A stretch of 38,905 nt of DNA. It comes from a virus. Below, piece after piece: positions 38,079 through 38,905 of the stretch. The notes under the pieces are model-generated. The model saw only the letters and a program-made list of their open reading frames with translations. It was not told the DNA's origin and did not search any database. The position numbers and the translations under genes are program-made. Numbering within the stretch: the first letter of the stretch is position 1; every line of letters starts with the position of its first letter. Location of the stretch: IMG/VR virus record IMGVR_UViG_3300025158_000681. One strand, given 5' to 3'.

Positions 38079-38107
38079 TTGACAGCAATTTAATATGGGC
38101 TTATAAT
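38079..38107 (+). promoter_or_regulatory. Perfect-consensus sigma70 promoter
   Basis: TTGACA-N17-TATAAT. Confidence 0.9.
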
Positions 38108-38139
38108 TCAGTTCCAATTAACTTTTAAAGGATTCTTTC

Positions 38140-38343
38140 ATGGCAACAAAGCAAAAAACCGCAGTAGCTTCTCCAACTAAATCTACAGGAAATACTATTA
38201 ATCGCTTTCGTCGTAATGCGGCTACTCGTAAGTGTTTACCAAAACAATTTAAGGTTCTTTTTGCTGGTGCATCTCGACCTGAGTTTAAGGCTATGTTCCT
38301 TGCATGGCAAGATGGTCGCAAGAAAGTTAAAGCTACTGATTAA
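38140..38343 (+). CDS. Small basic protein, probably highly expressed early
   Basis: Consensus promoter, SD aagga, CGT/GCT/ACT-rich codons, downstream hairpins. Confidence 0.75.
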   Translation: MATKQKTAVASPTKSTGNTINRFRRNAATRKCLPKQFKVLFAGASRPEFKAMFLAWQDGRKKVKATD

Positions 38344-38353
38344 TTTTAATTTT

Positions 38354-38429
38354 CCTAGATTTTAAAATCTAGGTCTAGTAATTAAACAAAAAATAAGTAA
38401 TGGATTTATTCTGTTACTTATTTTTTGTT
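38354..38429 (+). terminator. 20-bp palindrome plus 16-bp hairpin
   Basis: cctagattttaaaatctagg; aacaaaaaataagtaa/ttacttattttttgtt. Confidence 0.6.
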
Positions 38430-38905
38430 GCTTTAAATTTCATTTAAAAATTTACATAGAAATTAATACCTATTATCTAAACATTTAATTTAATTTTGAT
38501 ACTTTTATTTCATTTCCTAATTTTTATTAGCAATCTTTTTTAAAAATATTGTTTATATATTCCTCAAGTATAAGAATATTTAATTCACTTTCATAAAGAA
38601 TAAATATTTCTACCTAATGCAAAAAACATATAGGATTATAATTAACATTTCATCCTTAAAGTATTAGTTAATTTGTCTGTGTATATACAAAAAAAATATT
38701 TATCTAATTTTGTCTCATAAATCTCGGCATTTTAACCTTATTATTTATGCATATCCTCTGTATATATACATTCTTCTTTTTTACAAAAAAAATCTATAAT
38801 TAAGGAAAGAAATATCTTTATTTTCCTTGCTTTTATTGCTGTATATATACATTTTATTTGCTTTACATATCTACTATCTTTATGTGACAATGTTTTATAT
38901 GCCAT

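Noticed and set aside
32849-38321. Track ORFs 32849-33103, 37110-37292 and 38118-38321
   Set aside because: Antisense to better-supported genes
1-38905. Genome-wide stop-codon recoding
   Set aside because: Internal stops are a mix of TAA, TGA and TAG, and intact genes end in all three
1-38905. CRISPR array
   Set aside because: No regularly spaced repeats with unique spacers; repeats are tRNAs, IS ends and one tandem duplication

Overview
Very AT-rich (about a quarter GC by eye) segment, most likely from a large (jumbo) phage of Proteobacteria. The basis is dense short phage-type hypothetical ORFs mostly on the minus strand, a large tRNA cluster, and host-like islands (NAD kinase, grpE-dnaK-dnaJ, minD-minE without minC, two RNase H genes, PTH2-like, MsrA-like, metallophosphoesterase). 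No virion or replication genes lie in the window, so the phage call is an inference. Top candidate for a new system: an unannotated 28-codon leader ORF (25016-25102, minus) under a near-consensus sigma70 promoter. Its codons 6-21 are almost all ATA/TTA/TTG/AGA/GGG/GGA, and it is followed by mutually exclusive antiterminator and terminator helices. Downstream lies a tRNA operon encoding exactly tRNA(CAU, Ile2-like), Leu(UAA), Arg(UCU) and Gly(UCC). This looks like a ribosome-sensing attenuator that switches on tRNA genes when their cognate codons are starved. Other leads: dispersed TnpB right-end/reRNA copies with different guides, a duplicated four-hairpin RNA inside the tRNA operons, tRNA-like RNAs with elongated anticodon arms, a frameshifted 2H phosphoesterase, and many pseudogenes.
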